A DNA stretch of 64,000 bases from Podarcis gaigeae (Eukaryota): assembly GCA_964106915.2 (NCBI GenBank), contig OZ066921.1. One strand, written 5' to 3'. The notes beneath the pieces are model-generated. The model saw nothing but the letters and a program-made list of their open reading frames with translations. It had not been told where the DNA came from and ran no database searches. Made by a program: the position numbers and the translations under genes. This document shows positions 40,701 to 49,841 of this stretch, in pieces (within the stretch, counting starts at the first letter, position 1; each line of letters opens with the position of its first letter).

Positions 40701-43700
40701 TTTCTAAAGAAATTAATAAAGACACTCTGGGGACTCCTGTCATAACAAATCCCACTTTGCCAGTTACGATTGGGAAGAACATAGAGATCACTTCCAACCA
40801 CAACCACCTATCCCCAGAAAGTGAATCAGCTTCACCACCAACACGCTGAAGGCCATGAAGACCAAGGACACAGAATGTTGAGAAACAACCTTTCTTATCC
40901 CACTTGTTCTCAGCCTGCATATGAATAATTTCTAACAGGCACAACTGTTCTAAGAAATCATGTGCACCTAGTAAAAGTTTGGTTAAGGAAGAACACTATT
41001 TCTCTGTACAATTCCTGCACAAAGGTGGAATCCAAATCCGTTACTTTTACTGCGTTTCCCTGAAGTATCTGTTCAGCTCAGATTCCGTGGAACCTGCAAC
41101 ATACTGAGGGGAAAAACATGTACAATGAGTTTTCTAGAAGATTCATTCAGGGCATGAAAGCAAACACAGTTTTAACACAGTTCAAACTAGATAAGTGAAA
41201 AGGAATAGAACTGCCAGAGCATTCAAGGAACAGCAGTTAAAACACAAGCATGACTCATCACCACAGCAATCTATTACTCTGTGGTTAGAGAGATGCAGGG
41301 GTGGGGATTATCTACCTTAACTAATCAAACTGCAAAAAAAATTCCTTCCAGTAGCACCTTAAAGACCAACTAAGTCAGTTCTTGGTATGAGCTTTCGTGT
41401 GCATGCACACTTCTTCAGATACACATATCTGAAGAAGTGTGCATGCACACGAAAGCTCATACCAAGAACTGACTTAGTTGGTCTTTAAGGTGCTACTGGA
41501 AGGAATTTTTTTTGTTTTGACTATGGCAGACCAACACGGCTACCTATCTGTAACTAATCAAACTGCAGTGCAGGGGCCTAGGGAAGAAGACCACTCTAAT
41601 CAGCTTCCCTTCCTCCAAAGGCTTAAGACACATCCTCAGAGTACATCAATCCTATTTGCTTCAGTTCATGCTTCTTACTCAAGCTATACAAGTGTGAACA
41701 TGAGAATCTTGTCCAGACTCTGCTGGAAATAGGTAAACTACCTGCTTACTACATTTTTATTGGCAACTACCCATTAATGAGCCTTAACTAATGAGTTAAA
41801 CAGCTATACTAACTGCTTAATGACTGAAACTCTTCTAGTGACACTGCTGCAAATCTCCAGGCACCATCTGCTCACTTAAATTTTCATACTGACAGGAAGT
41901 TATCATGCCTGTCTTATTGCAAAAGGCACAGGCAAAAGAATATAGGCATTCAAAACATTTTACAATGACACAACAGTTAAACACGATATCAATTCAAGAA
42001 CACCAGGCACATGTGCAAACACTTGCTGGAATCCCCTATTAAACATATACATACATAAAGTTTTCCATGTAGCTTTTTTTAGACATACCATCTTGGCACA
42101 ACAGCCAGGCTGGGATCAGCAGCCATTTGGCTCTACCTCCCACACCCCTGAACTGTCTCCTACATACCACCTCTCTGCATGAAACTTCATTATGTACCAT
42201 AATGAAAGCTCTGGCACTTGAATTTGCTTATTTTCTTCTTTCTTCCTCATTATTTTTCTTTTTTGTATCATATTGGATCATAAGCCATTTTTTAAAACTG
42301 TCAACTACTTTGAGCGGTTGGTTTAGCCATCCAGCCCCAAACACTCACCAAGCTACAAAAGCAACAGTGGCAGGAAAATAAACCAAGCTCTGGAAAAGCA
42401 AGTCATGACTTGTTTGCTCATCTATGAGACAACTCTTAAACAAACTGTAGCTTAGTGTTATGTAGGAAGGCAGTAACAACAGTCTTTGGTTTTTTTTTGT
42501 AATTAGCATAAGTATCCAACTCATTGATGCTTTTCTTTGTTATTCTTACAATGTTAATGCTTTAAAAGTCTTGATCAACACATAATTGGTTAGTTCACTA
42601 AAGCAGTCACATTCCAATTTGTAATAACAACATATGTAGGTTTACTTTTAAACCCAGAAAAGTTATTGCAATATGCAAGAGGCATAATAGCACATTTTAG
42701 CACAGAGAAGAGTGGCAGGGGACAGAAGACAAAACTCTGCTAATTTATCATTAATACAATGCTCTGCTCCTAATCTACCCAAGGACAGCAATCCTGTTGA
42801 GCACTGATGTTTTGTTACTCCATCCCCTTCTGGGATAAAGGTGGTATTTACAAGTCATCCACTCTACCCATAACTTCATGGACACAAATGAAGTCAAGGG
42901 TTTCAGGCTCAGCAGGTTCATTAAACTAAGATCAAATAGTGACCTACAAATTGTTGTCATCAACAACTTTGTTACTGCAAATTACTTTAAGCTAAACTAA
43001 CTGAGAATCACTGCAAAATATTCACCTTTTTTCTTGAAGTTACGTGACACTTGCAAATTTTACTAACATTCTATTTTCACATTCACTTTTCATCAGTTCA
43101 TTGTCCATCTGGTAACAAGACTTACACATATATGTCTATTCAGAAGTAAGTCTCGTTGAGGACTTACTGGGGCAGCAGTCCCCACACTTACCTGAATGAA
43201 GTGGGACCTAAAAGAAGGACCTGCCTTCTTTTAAGGGCAAGTGTATTATAATGGTTAGAGTGTTGAACTGTGACGTGGGAGACCAGAGTTCAAATCCCTA
43301 CTCGGCCATGAATTTCATTGGGTGACCTTGGGCCAGTCGCTGTATCTCAGTCTAACCTACCTCACAAACTGATTGTGTGGATAAGTTGGGGAGGGAAAAC
43401 TATGTGCACCACGAACTTCTTGGGGGGAAAGGTGGGCTATAAAGCATAATCAATAAAAAATTAAAAAATGATTTGAGCTTGTTTTATCTTTCTCTTTGGA
43501 CAATTGTTTCTCAGTATAAATAAATATGTACAACTAATTTAAGACAAAACATGCCAGACTCACTGTTCAAGATGCTTTGCAGTCCAGAGGTACATGCCAA
43601 TAGCATGGGTAATGTTTCTAATGGACTAATAAATTTTCTGGGTGCCTTTCTGAAAGGTTCTGTTACTTATTGACAGAAGTGGGCAAAAAAAGCACTCTGT

Positions 43701-46700
43701 TCCACAAGAAGGTACAAGACAGCATCCAAGCAAAAGGCACACTGACCCAGCTCACACTTAACACTTTTTGGTCCGTGTTCTTGGAACAAGCAATGAGCAA
43801 GAGCATTCCTTCCCCCATCTCCTCCTCTCTCATTCCCAGCTGCAAAACAGAGTTTTTCTGGTTTGTTAAAACCAGTCTTCCTGTTGCAATGTAATGGAGA
43901 AACTGTGATTTAACAAAACAGTCTCCACTGGAGGTTGTGATAAGGACGCACTTATTTAAGTCTGTTGCTCTTTTCCACTCCAGCAAGCTATACTTTATTG
44001 GACCAGGAACATTACACCCGAACCCAGAGAACACTCTTTGATTACGTGGCTTATACATTTTCTAAATAAACTAGGTCAGTATGTGGCAATCCAAATACTT
44101 CAAATTCCAGACAAAGCATGATTCTGCACACCACAGAATGGCAGCTCTATGAAGATAACAGATGTTGTCAAAACCAGTATACACCCATCACAAATATTAC
44201 ACATATTAGGTTATCTGCTGAATTTAAAGCAACTTGACAGCTCTTAACACACACAAATCAGATAGCAGCACGAGAAACGCTTAGGCTAAAAAACTGAACC
44301 CTCTGGGTGACATTCCAATTCAACAGAATTTGATGATGCGAACAGCGTTCAAAACTCCCATTGTTCTAGATATGTTTTGCAAAATGGAATTTCATTAGCG
44401 TGAGCAATTTTTGAGCTCTGGGTGCAGTACTGCTCCTAAGATTTCAGATTAAAACTGCAGAGTAGAAGGAAAGGAGGACCTTTTTCTGCCTCCCCACTTC
44501 CAGCCACTCTCTAAAGACTGGAGAAGAGACCCTCTTAAGAATATTAGGGGGACAGGCAGGGGAAGCATGACTTTGTTTTTTGCAGTCTTCAGATGAGGAC
44601 TCGACCATGTGAAAAATGAATATAAGATTTTAGCTGCAGTTCATTCATTTTCAGCTTTGTACTGTTATTAAAAAAGTGTGCCTAGACATTCCGTTGTTGC
44701 GCCAAAAACCTAGGTTTAAGGTGCCATTTAGCTCCTAGCTTTCATATCTCAGTTTCTAACAGTGGATGCAAATGCATCTATACCTCCAGGCTCTAAATGG
44801 AATAGGCAAAAGGGAAGGACAGCCCTCCAAGGAATCCAAGCAGAAGTGTCACCTCTTGTCAAACAATCAGTATCTTTATTCGCTCTAAAAGCTCTTGTAA
44901 ACCATAGAAGAGGCAGTATCATCCAACAGAAATCAGAGCTATATCTCAATGTCCTGAATGAACTAATAGGCTTCTGCCATACCACTACATCTCCAACTCA
45001 AGTCTGCTTACATTAATTTCTCACTCACCTATTGGATTTTTAACTGATGATACAAGACAAGAAAGTGAGAAAGGAATGTAACATTTTAAATGTTTTTATG
45101 TCATAGAAAAAGGGTTCCTAGTCCCCACCCCTTAAATTAAGGGGTATGAAATTAAAATGATTACAGCACAACCCAGTTGAAAGTCCCAGTTAGTTCAATG
45201 GGCCTTAGACACAGTCATGTATATACAGCATAGGATTGCTGTACAAATGATAAAATAATTTTGTACAATGTAGCACAGAGTGGGAACAATATAAACTGCA
45301 AAAATATGTTACTAAATTGAAGCTGCAATGTTTTACAAACTATGCACACCAATCTGGAGTAAGCATTACTGATTCAGTAGAATATACAGGTAAATCAGAA
45401 AATTGTAAATTTAAAAGAAAGGCAATTACTCAGATGTAGGAATCTGAAATCCCCAGTGTGATCATGTGGATGTAGTAACTCCATGTGTCTAACAATATTC
45501 AAAACTTTTCAAGTACATTTTAGTAACCCATGCAACCATTCTTTAAGGAAGGTGAGTATATCTCTATATTGCAGGTGGCTGCTGGTGTGTGCGTGGACAT
45601 CCCTATAATATAATCAACAAATCACAGTATTAATTTAGCAACAAAATTGTCTATTTAGCTAATTATGTACCCATTATCAGTACATAACATATTGTGACAT
45701 ACACGAGCAAGCACTTTGACTCTGCACACCCCTCCAATGAAGGCTGCAGCACCCTCTAGGAGTTTTGACTGCGGAGAACTAGTGTTATGTCTGTGGCTTA
45801 CGAAACTTTACTTCTTTGATACTGCTACATCTTAAAGCACATTCATACAGAGAACTAAAGGGCACACCTGTACAATAAATACTCGACAAGTGTCAGCTAC
45901 AATTAGTTAGGCATAATGACTAAGAGACTGAGCTATCAGTAATCAAATATCCCTAGTTCAATTCTCTCCTCTGGAATAACCTCACTAGGTGGCCTTAAAC
46001 AAGCCAGTCTCTCAGCCTTAGTCACCTACTTCACCCCCACCACCACAATCTATCTGCTTTACAGAGGATAATAATACTGTAATATTACAAGGTTGTTGTA
46101 AGGATTACAAGTTAATAAATGTGAAGTGCTTTAAATACCTGAAAGCTCTACAAACATTGTAAGAAATAGGCCACAATCCAGAGAGGCATACACACCACGT
46201 TCTGCATTATGCTTGTTCATGCTGAAGATATATTGACAATGAATGTCAACTCACAAAGTTCAGTTTGTGAACTGCACTCCAAGCAATGACACCAAGAGAT
46301 AGGAAACCATCCAGACATTATTCATACTTGTTCAGGCACAGCACCTGCACACAGAGGGACAAATATGGGACCCTGTTTCCACTCCTCAGCATCAAAAAAG
46401 TATGCTGGGCCATTAGATCAGTGGTTGTGCATGCTTCCTGTGTCTCAATCCAGCCCTGCAATGCAGTCTAATTGCTTAAGTTCAAGCCAGGAACGATGTT
46501 GGAGGGATACACAAATGTGACACAGAACTCCTGACCCCTGCAATACTGCATATCACAATGAAGGAAAGAGGGAATGAGTGGGAATGGTGATTCGTTCACA
46601 TGGCCTTCACTTAGTTTGGCTCAGCCAGAAAGTGAAACACTTTCTGAATCCAGGAACTTACCCATCTATAAATGCAATGCTAAACAATGAATTCAAAAAT

Positions 46701-49405
46701 TCAAATCCAATATTAATGTCACAGCATCAGATGACTGTTAGGGCTCTTTATCTTTTAATTTAAATAACTAAACAATCTCACTTTAAAGAACAAACTATGT
46801 TTCAGTCATTTATTTAGAAAAGTTTATAAACAGTTTAATCACAAAATAAGTGTTTTACATACTTTCATTAAAATATTGGTGGAGGGTTCACTTTTAAAAT
46901 ATATCCCCCCAAAATCTCACAACCAGCAACCTTTTCTCACCAGGGTTGGAAGGTTCAACTGATGTGCTCTTTCTTGGACTTCTCCCAGAATCAATTGCAT
47001 TGCCAGAAGTGCCCAATGTAGCTCTAATGCGATGGGACAGTGTATCTGAGTACAGTGGTACCTCTGGTTAAGAACTTAATTTGTTTTGGAGGTCCGTTCT
47101 TAAGTTGAGGTACCACTTATCTAATGGGGCCTCTCGCTGTTTATGCGCCGCCGCCACCACGTGATTTCTGTTCTCATCCTGAGGTAAAGTTCTTAACCAG
47201 AGGTACTACTTCCGGGTTAGCGGAGTCTGTAACCCGAAGTGTTTGTAACCTGAGGTACCACTGTACAGTCTTTACAAGTTTGTGGGAAACACTCCTGTAC
47301 TGACTTAGGTTGCACTGGGATCTAGGGTTCTCAGGATGTCCAACTTAGAGCTTCCTAAAAATTTCCCCCTCTTCTTATGAAAACACACAGAAATAGCCAG
47401 ACAGAGACCTAAAATAAACTTGGTTAATTTCTATTCAGAGAAGGTATCTCAAAGAATGACAATGAGCAGTTGTTAAGTTATTTCTGAGACTTATACATCC
47501 TATATTGAACCATAGAAAAACAGATAAGAATTTCAAGTTAAACAGCCTACAGGACAGGCCATAAGGCAATGGTAAAGCACCTGTTTTGTGTGCTACAGTT
47601 TGCAAGGTCAGTCCTCAGCAACTCCAGGTAGGTCTGGAAATGTCCTCTATATGAAAACCTGCAAGACCCCACTGCCAGTCAATGTAGACACTACTGAGCT
47701 AGACAGAGCAATGATCTGACTCAGTATAAGGAAGCTTCCTCAGTTCCAATTTTTCTGTTTACAAGCAATAACTTGTGTAACAATCTAGTAACTCCAGCTA
47801 AACTTACAACAATTTCTATCAGCAGTAACTCTGAATTCATGCATTCCTGCCAAGCTAGCTAGTCTGAAGCTGGAAACAGATTGTCAACCTAAAGTTGCTT
47901 CAAGAATAGGCATATTACATGCTGATATTGAAAACAGACCCACAAATGACCCAACACAAAATGCCATACTCCCTATGGCAAGAGATCAATTACTTTTCCC
48001 ATACGCGTCTCAAATTGCAAACTATTATTTGCTCTACAGCTGCTAAAGTGAACCTGTAGTTGACTTATGATTAAAAGCCACAAGTGTTACTAGCCTGACC
48101 GCACACACACCTACCTATATTAGTCATTTGTGGCACAGTGCGTGAAAGAAAAAGAAAGCTCTTGTATTTACAAAAGCCTCCCTCCACGGACAGAGGAAAT
48201 TCTTGTCGCAAGCAGCAAAGTAAGGAGGCAGCCAGGTAAGGAGTTTTGCCAATCCTGAATTATAGGATCAAGCTGTCTACCTCTGTTGGAATAGAAATAG
48301 CAGGATTGATTCACTTTAAGACAACTCAACCAGCCACGAGGGTGTGACCGAAAGACAATCCCTACTCAAAAAGTACCCAGCATAAGCTTTATCTTCAAGA
48401 ACATCACAATGGGGGGGTGGACTATCATGATAAGTATATTCATCTGGGCCAATTCCCTGAAACAGCAACGTTTTTCTCTCTCTGCTCCTTTCCCCGTTTT
48501 CTTTTAAACTATGAATGCCAGAAATTGGCAACACCGCTGTCGGCAGGCCTGCCTGAGCCAGAAAACGGGCTCTGCCCACAGAAGTGTCTTCGCTTTCCCG
48601 TGCAGCCCTTCGGCCTTTTCCCTTGAAAACAAGGATTTGCTCCTGCGCCAGAAGGGAAAGGGAGCTACTGGCGAAGGGGCTGCACTTGCTCCCTAACTCT
48701 TGGCAACCGAGGCCAGGAGGAGCTATGCATGCGCGCATGGTCCTGGCCGCAGACCTCCATCCTGGACGCCACTTCTTGGTTACACCGGAGAGTGACGGAG
48801 GACAGAGGTAAACCTGGGTCAGATGCAGGTTTCCTAAAATTGCCAGGAGAGGCTATGTGCATTGCTCCGCACCTGGGCTGGCCTCTCCCTGCAGCCGCCC
48901 GCCGCAAAAAAGTTGCTCTATGGGGGTCCACTGCCCCGAAGCCCTCCCCCGACCTCCCTGGCCTCAGTTTCCCCACCAGCTAGGAGGGGCTCCCCGCCCC
49001 GCTCACCTCCCGCACGTCCTGCAGGCACTCGAGGACGGCCAGGTTGTTGGCCCAGCTGTGCTTGGGGCAGACGCGGGTCACGTCTTCGCGGCACACCGGC
49101 TCGTCCGCCAGCTTCCAGCCGCCTCCCGCCGAGGAGCCCCCGCGGGGCAGACGGCCACCCCCAGCTCCGCCTCCGCCGCCACCCGGGAGTGCTCCCAGCC
49201 CCAACTGAGGCAGCGGCTGGCCCCCCAATCCCCCTACGGCCGCCGGCTGCTGCCCCGGAAACCCCTGGGCGGCCCCGACCGCCGCTGCCCCGCCTTCCTG
49301 CTGTGCCCGGGCTGACCCGAGAGCCACGAGCAGCCAGAGGAAAGGGGCGGCGAGGAGAGGGCCCGGCCCGCGTCTCCGGGCCGGGACACGTCCGCACGGC
49401 GCCAT
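344..49405 (-). CDS. GLG1: Golgi glycoprotein 1 (ESL-1/CFR-1/MG-160), coding exons 1-18; 3' part lies beyond position 1
   Basis: 18 GT-AG exons join in frame (2490 nt, 830 codons). They encode a signal peptide followed by GLG1 Cys-rich repeats that match the vertebrate protein as I recall it (e.g. WANNLAVLECLQDVRE, LLWNYKLNLTTDPKFESVARE, SSDDFHLDRHLYFACRDDRERFC). Confidence 0.98.
610..1160 (-). mobile_element. Old L2-like LINE 3' fragment
   Basis: Resembles the reverse complement of the L2 3' end (gggagggacttcc...ggggctgtcacagagaaa); hosts a MITE. Confidence 0.5.
968..1103. mobile_element. hAT (Charlie/URR1-like) MITE
   Basis: Perfect 15-bp TIR CAGCTTTTCTCAACC; internal ggactacaactcccatca; 8-bp TSD cccttgaa/ccctagaa. 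Confidence 0.85.
1215..1342. other. Assembly gap (128 N) in GLG1 intron 17
   Basis: Run of N; exons 17 and 18 join in frame, so no coding exon is hidden in the gap. Confidence 0.97.
1602..1719 (-). CDS. GLG1: GLG1 exon 17
   Basis: VDVVICLSTIVRNDTLRDAKEHQVSMKCRKQLRVEELEM; CAG/GTAAAA. Confidence 0.96.
1860..1948 (-). CDS. GLG1: GLG1 exon 16
   Basis: VQMKDFRFSYKFKMACKEDVLKLCPNIKK(K); TAG/GTATGT. Confidence 0.95.
2406..2519 (-). CDS. GLG1: GLG1 exon 15
   Basis: EVADNQIDSGDLMECLIQNKHQKEMNEKCAIGVTHFQL; CAG/GTGAGT. Confidence 0.96.
3399..3461 (-). CDS. GLG1: GLG1 exon 14
   Basis: DIQIEALMMRACEPIIQTFCH; TAG/GTAAGT. Confidence 0.95.
4132..4218 (-). CDS. GLG1: GLG1 exon 13
   Basis: ELECLQDHLDDLAAECRDIVGNLTELESE; CAG/GTAAGT. 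Confidence 0.95.
4691..4828 (-). CDS. GLG1: GLG1 exon 12
   Basis: LSRECRAEVQRILHQRALDVKLDPALQDKCMIDLGKWCSEKTETGQ; CAG/GTATCT. Confidence 0.96.
6466..6619 (-). CDS. GLG1: GLG1 exon 11
   Basis: LDLVLYRKCQGDASRLCHTRGWNETSEMIPPGAIFSCLYRHAYRTEEQGRR; CAG/GTAGGC. Confidence 0.95.
6765..7140. mobile_element. Tc1/mariner-type MITE
   Basis: 17-bp TIR CAGGT(C/G)ACTCGCAACTT; TA on the left flank. Confidence 0.7.
8148..8249 (-). CDS. GLG1: GLG1 exon 10
   Basis: ILSCLMEHLYTEKMVEDCEHRLLELQYFISRDW(K); TAG/GTGAGT. Confidence 0.95.
8650..8771 (-). CDS. GLG1: GLG1 exon 9
   Basis: LQTLIQEADPGADYRIDRALNEACESVIQTACKHIRAGDP(M); ends phase 2; CAG/GTAGGT. Confidence 0.95.
12643..12857 (-). CDS. GLG1: GLG1 exon 8
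   Basis: GRQVSSECQGEMLDYRRMLMEDFSLSPE...SCQQS; TAG/GTAAGG. Confidence 0.96.
13988..14034. repeat. Compound (TG)n(CG)n(CA)n microsatellite
   Basis: Direct observation. Confidence 0.95.
16766..16949 (-). CDS. GLG1: GLG1 exon 7
   Basis: CRDALTTRQKLIAQDYKVSYSLAKSC...CLESAVHR; ends phase 1; CAG/GTAAGA. Confidence 0.96.
17745..17816 (-). CDS. GLG1: GLG1 exon 6
   Basis: TQAGEGRVYKCLFNHKFEDSMSEK; CAG/GTATGT. Confidence 0.95.
18471..18674 (-). CDS. GLG1: GLG1 exon 5
   Basis: DVHSQGEVVACLEKG...RDDRERFCEN; CAG/GTAAGT. Confidence 0.96.
19190..19405 (-). CDS. GLG1: GLG1 exon 4
   Basis: IKECADEPVGKGYLVSCLVDH...KCGSIRLGEK; CAG/GTAATT. Confidence 0.96.
20526..20766 (+). mobile_element. Penelope-like element fold-back (inverted pseudo-LTR) insertion, copy 1
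   Basis: Perfect 94-bp inverted repeat (20526-20619 / 20627-20720), then tail ctatggcagaccaacacggctacc...; 12-bp TSD aggttgaatatt (20515-20526 / 20767-20778); hammerhead core typical of PLEs. Confidence 0.8.
20584..20621 (-). ncRNA. Minimal type I hammerhead ribozyme motif (PLE-type)
   Basis: GUAU-CUGAAGA-A-GUGUG(CAUG)CACAC-GAA-AGCU-C^AUAC: CUGANGA and GAAA core, 4-bp stem I, palindromic loopless stem III; mirrored on + at 20627-20662 with a shortened stem I. Confidence 0.7.
20975..23325 (-). mobile_element. 5'-truncated L1-clade LINE (ORF2 C-terminus + 3' UTR), interrupted by an L2
   Basis: Minus-strand decayed motifs KYLGIWIT (~23190), AKYIWQGKK.RIKFK (~23000), WLQ/YHQL across the L2 insertion, CCHC knuckle KCWMCNHNEGNFLHMWWTCPK (~21670-21730); A-rich 3' end. 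Confidence 0.8.
22083..22713 (+). mobile_element. L2-clade LINE 3' end with (TAA)n tail
   Basis: Decayed YCNALYVGLPLKVTRKLQLIQNAAARMVTG...TPVLKDLHCLPVRFRAQ; 3' UTR; (TAA)n tail at ~22661-22713. Confidence 0.85.
23340..23440. mobile_element. Truncated left half of a subfamily A-like MITE
   Basis: tagtggttctttggtttac...ggaggtccgtt...ctttcaccaatggggcctc matches 50671-50767. Confidence 0.65.
24138..24224 (-). CDS. GLG1: GLG1 exon 3
   Basis: LLWNYKLNLTTDPKFESVAREVCKSTISE; CAG/GTAAGG. Confidence 0.96.
26662..26694 (-). CDS. GLG1: GLG1 exon 2 (33-nt microexon)
   Basis: PDNEISSDCNH; pyrimidine tract + CAG acceptor, GTAAGT donor; absent from the ORF track. Confidence 0.95.
27469..27729. mobile_element. 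Tc1/mariner (Tigger/pogo-like) MITE, subfamily B
   Basis: TA|CAGTCATACCTC ... GAGGTACCACTG|TA; internally the reverse complement of 59954-60192. Confidence 0.85.
29458..29926. mobile_element. hAT-type non-autonomous element
   Basis: CAGTGTT...AACACTG termini; 8-bp TSD tccactag/tctactaa; its right end recurs at ~44670-44764. Confidence 0.7.
30350..31250 (-). mobile_element. Degenerate L1-like 3' fragment
   Basis: T-run plus tttattg at the start (poly-A/AATAAA on minus), followed by composition like the L1 at 20975; no intact motif confirmed. Confidence 0.35.
31287..31527. mobile_element. hAT MITE
   Basis: CAGGGGTGGCCAA / CAGGGATGTCCCA termini; 8-bp TSD ctctaaag/ttctaaag. Confidence 0.8.
31875..32015 (+). 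mobile_element. Short tRNA-derived SINE with CR1-like tail
   Basis: gatagctcagttggtagagcat...gggcaaaagattcctgcattgcagg...cccttccaacc. Confidence 0.75.
32164..32529 (-). mobile_element. Sauria SINE, full length
   Basis: tRNA-like head (GGGATGTGGGTGGCGCTTTGGGTTAAACC...GGTTCGAATCCC), Sauria SINE body, (ACCTTT)n tail. Confidence 0.9.
32584..32764. mobile_element. Tc1/mariner MITE, subfamily B-like
   Basis: TA|CAGCGGTACCTC ... GAGGTATGACTG|TA. Confidence 0.85.
33925..34290 (+). mobile_element. Old L2-like LINE fragment
   Basis: Decayed tgtatgtgggactgcttttgaaag...gcagccagg...gacctttaaag similar to 22140-22390. Confidence 0.5.
34348..34483 (-). mobile_element. Short tRNA-derived SINE with CR1-like tail
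   Basis: Reverse complement reads atagctcaattggg...attcctgcattgcagggggttgggctagatga...ctctatgattcta. Confidence 0.7.
35200..35332 (+). mobile_element. Short tRNA-derived SINE with CR1-like tail
   Basis: Same family as 31875-32015. Confidence 0.75.
37912..38180 (+). mobile_element. RTE-clade LINE reverse-transcriptase fragment
   Basis: RVYPKSQWGF/DMIFLLCQLQEKC...PLYIVFIDLKKVF...IGCPPKLQKKIVSFH, with stops and frameshifts. Confidence 0.8.
39354..39560. mobile_element. Tc1/mariner MITE, subfamily A
   Basis: TA|CAGTGGCACCTTGGGTTA ... TAACCCGAGGTACCACTG|TA; inverted relative to the 47053 and 50671 copies. Confidence 0.85.
41333..41555 (+). mobile_element. Penelope-like element fold-back insertion, copy 2
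   Basis: Perfect 89-bp inverted repeat (41333-41421 / 41426-41514), same tail as copy 1; 17-bp TSD taactaatcaaactgca (41318-41334 / 41551-41567). Confidence 0.8.
41385..41422 (-). ncRNA. Minimal type I hammerhead ribozyme motif (PLE-type)
   Basis: Identical 38-nt motif to 20584-20621; mirrored on + at 41426-41462. Confidence 0.7.
43235..43460 (+). mobile_element. tRNA-derived CORE-SINE
   Basis: A box tggttagag, B box gttcaaatcc, CORE gtgaccttgggccagtc...cctacctcac, A-rich tail. Confidence 0.8.
47053..47263. mobile_element. Tc1/mariner MITE, subfamily A
   Basis: TA|CAGTGGTACCTC ... GAGGTACCACTG|TA. Confidence 0.88.
47548..47747 (+). mobile_element. Diverged SINE with CR1-like 3' end
   Basis: tRNA-like head, then ctgccagtcaatgtagacactactgagctagac...tgactcagtataaggaagcttcct; partial copy at ~37352-37440. 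Confidence 0.6.
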
Positions 49406-49720
49406 CTTGGATGCGACTCCTCTCCTCAGCTCCGCTCGGCCCGGCCCGGCCTCGCTGCCTTAGGCCCCGCCCGCCGCAGACTGCGCGCGCAACGCCAACG
49501 GCACTGGCAGTCACGCCCACCGCCTCTCGGAGTGCGTAAGGACGGCGGCGACGTCGCCGCGGCGAGCAGAGCGAGGCCGGTGACGTCACCACCTAGCCAG
49601 AGGAAAGGGTTGGTTGTCGGAGAGCGGCGCGACACCTACTGGCAGGTCTTTCAGGGAAAAGAACTGGAATGGCGCTTTCCTCTGTCGCCTATCTCTCTCG
49701 TCATACACCCCGACCCTCTA
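48520..49720 (-). promoter_or_regulatory. GLG1 CpG island/promoter with CRE and YY1/TISU-like motif
   Basis: CpG-dense, GC-rich block around exon 1; TGACGTCA at 49581-49588; CAAGATGGCG over the start codon. Confidence 0.85.
49007..49405 (-). CDS. GLG1: GLG1 exon 1 (signal peptide, Gly/Gln-rich linker, start of first Cys-rich repeat)
   Basis: MAPCGRV...LLVALGSARA...WKLADEPVCREDVTRVCPKHSWANNLAVLECLQDVRE; donor GAG|GTGAGC; 399 nt. Confidence 0.96.
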
Positions 49721-49817
49721 ACTTTCCCCTAAAGTTATTCTAATTTTTAGGAAATTCTTTCTTGCCCATAACAGCAAGACCACTTATTTTTATCAAGTTA
49801 AGATTACTGTATATACA

Positions 49818-49841
49818 GTGTGTGTGTGTGTGTGTGTGTGT
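49818..49841. repeat. (GT)n microsatellite upstream of GLG1
   Basis: Direct observation. Confidence 0.9.

Noticed and set aside
48316-49732. Several long overlapping ORFs (up to 225 aa) on both strands at the GLG1 5' end
   Set aside because: These reflect stop-codon scarcity in a CpG island; only the frame starting at 49405 has a signal peptide, a splice donor and GLG1 similarity.
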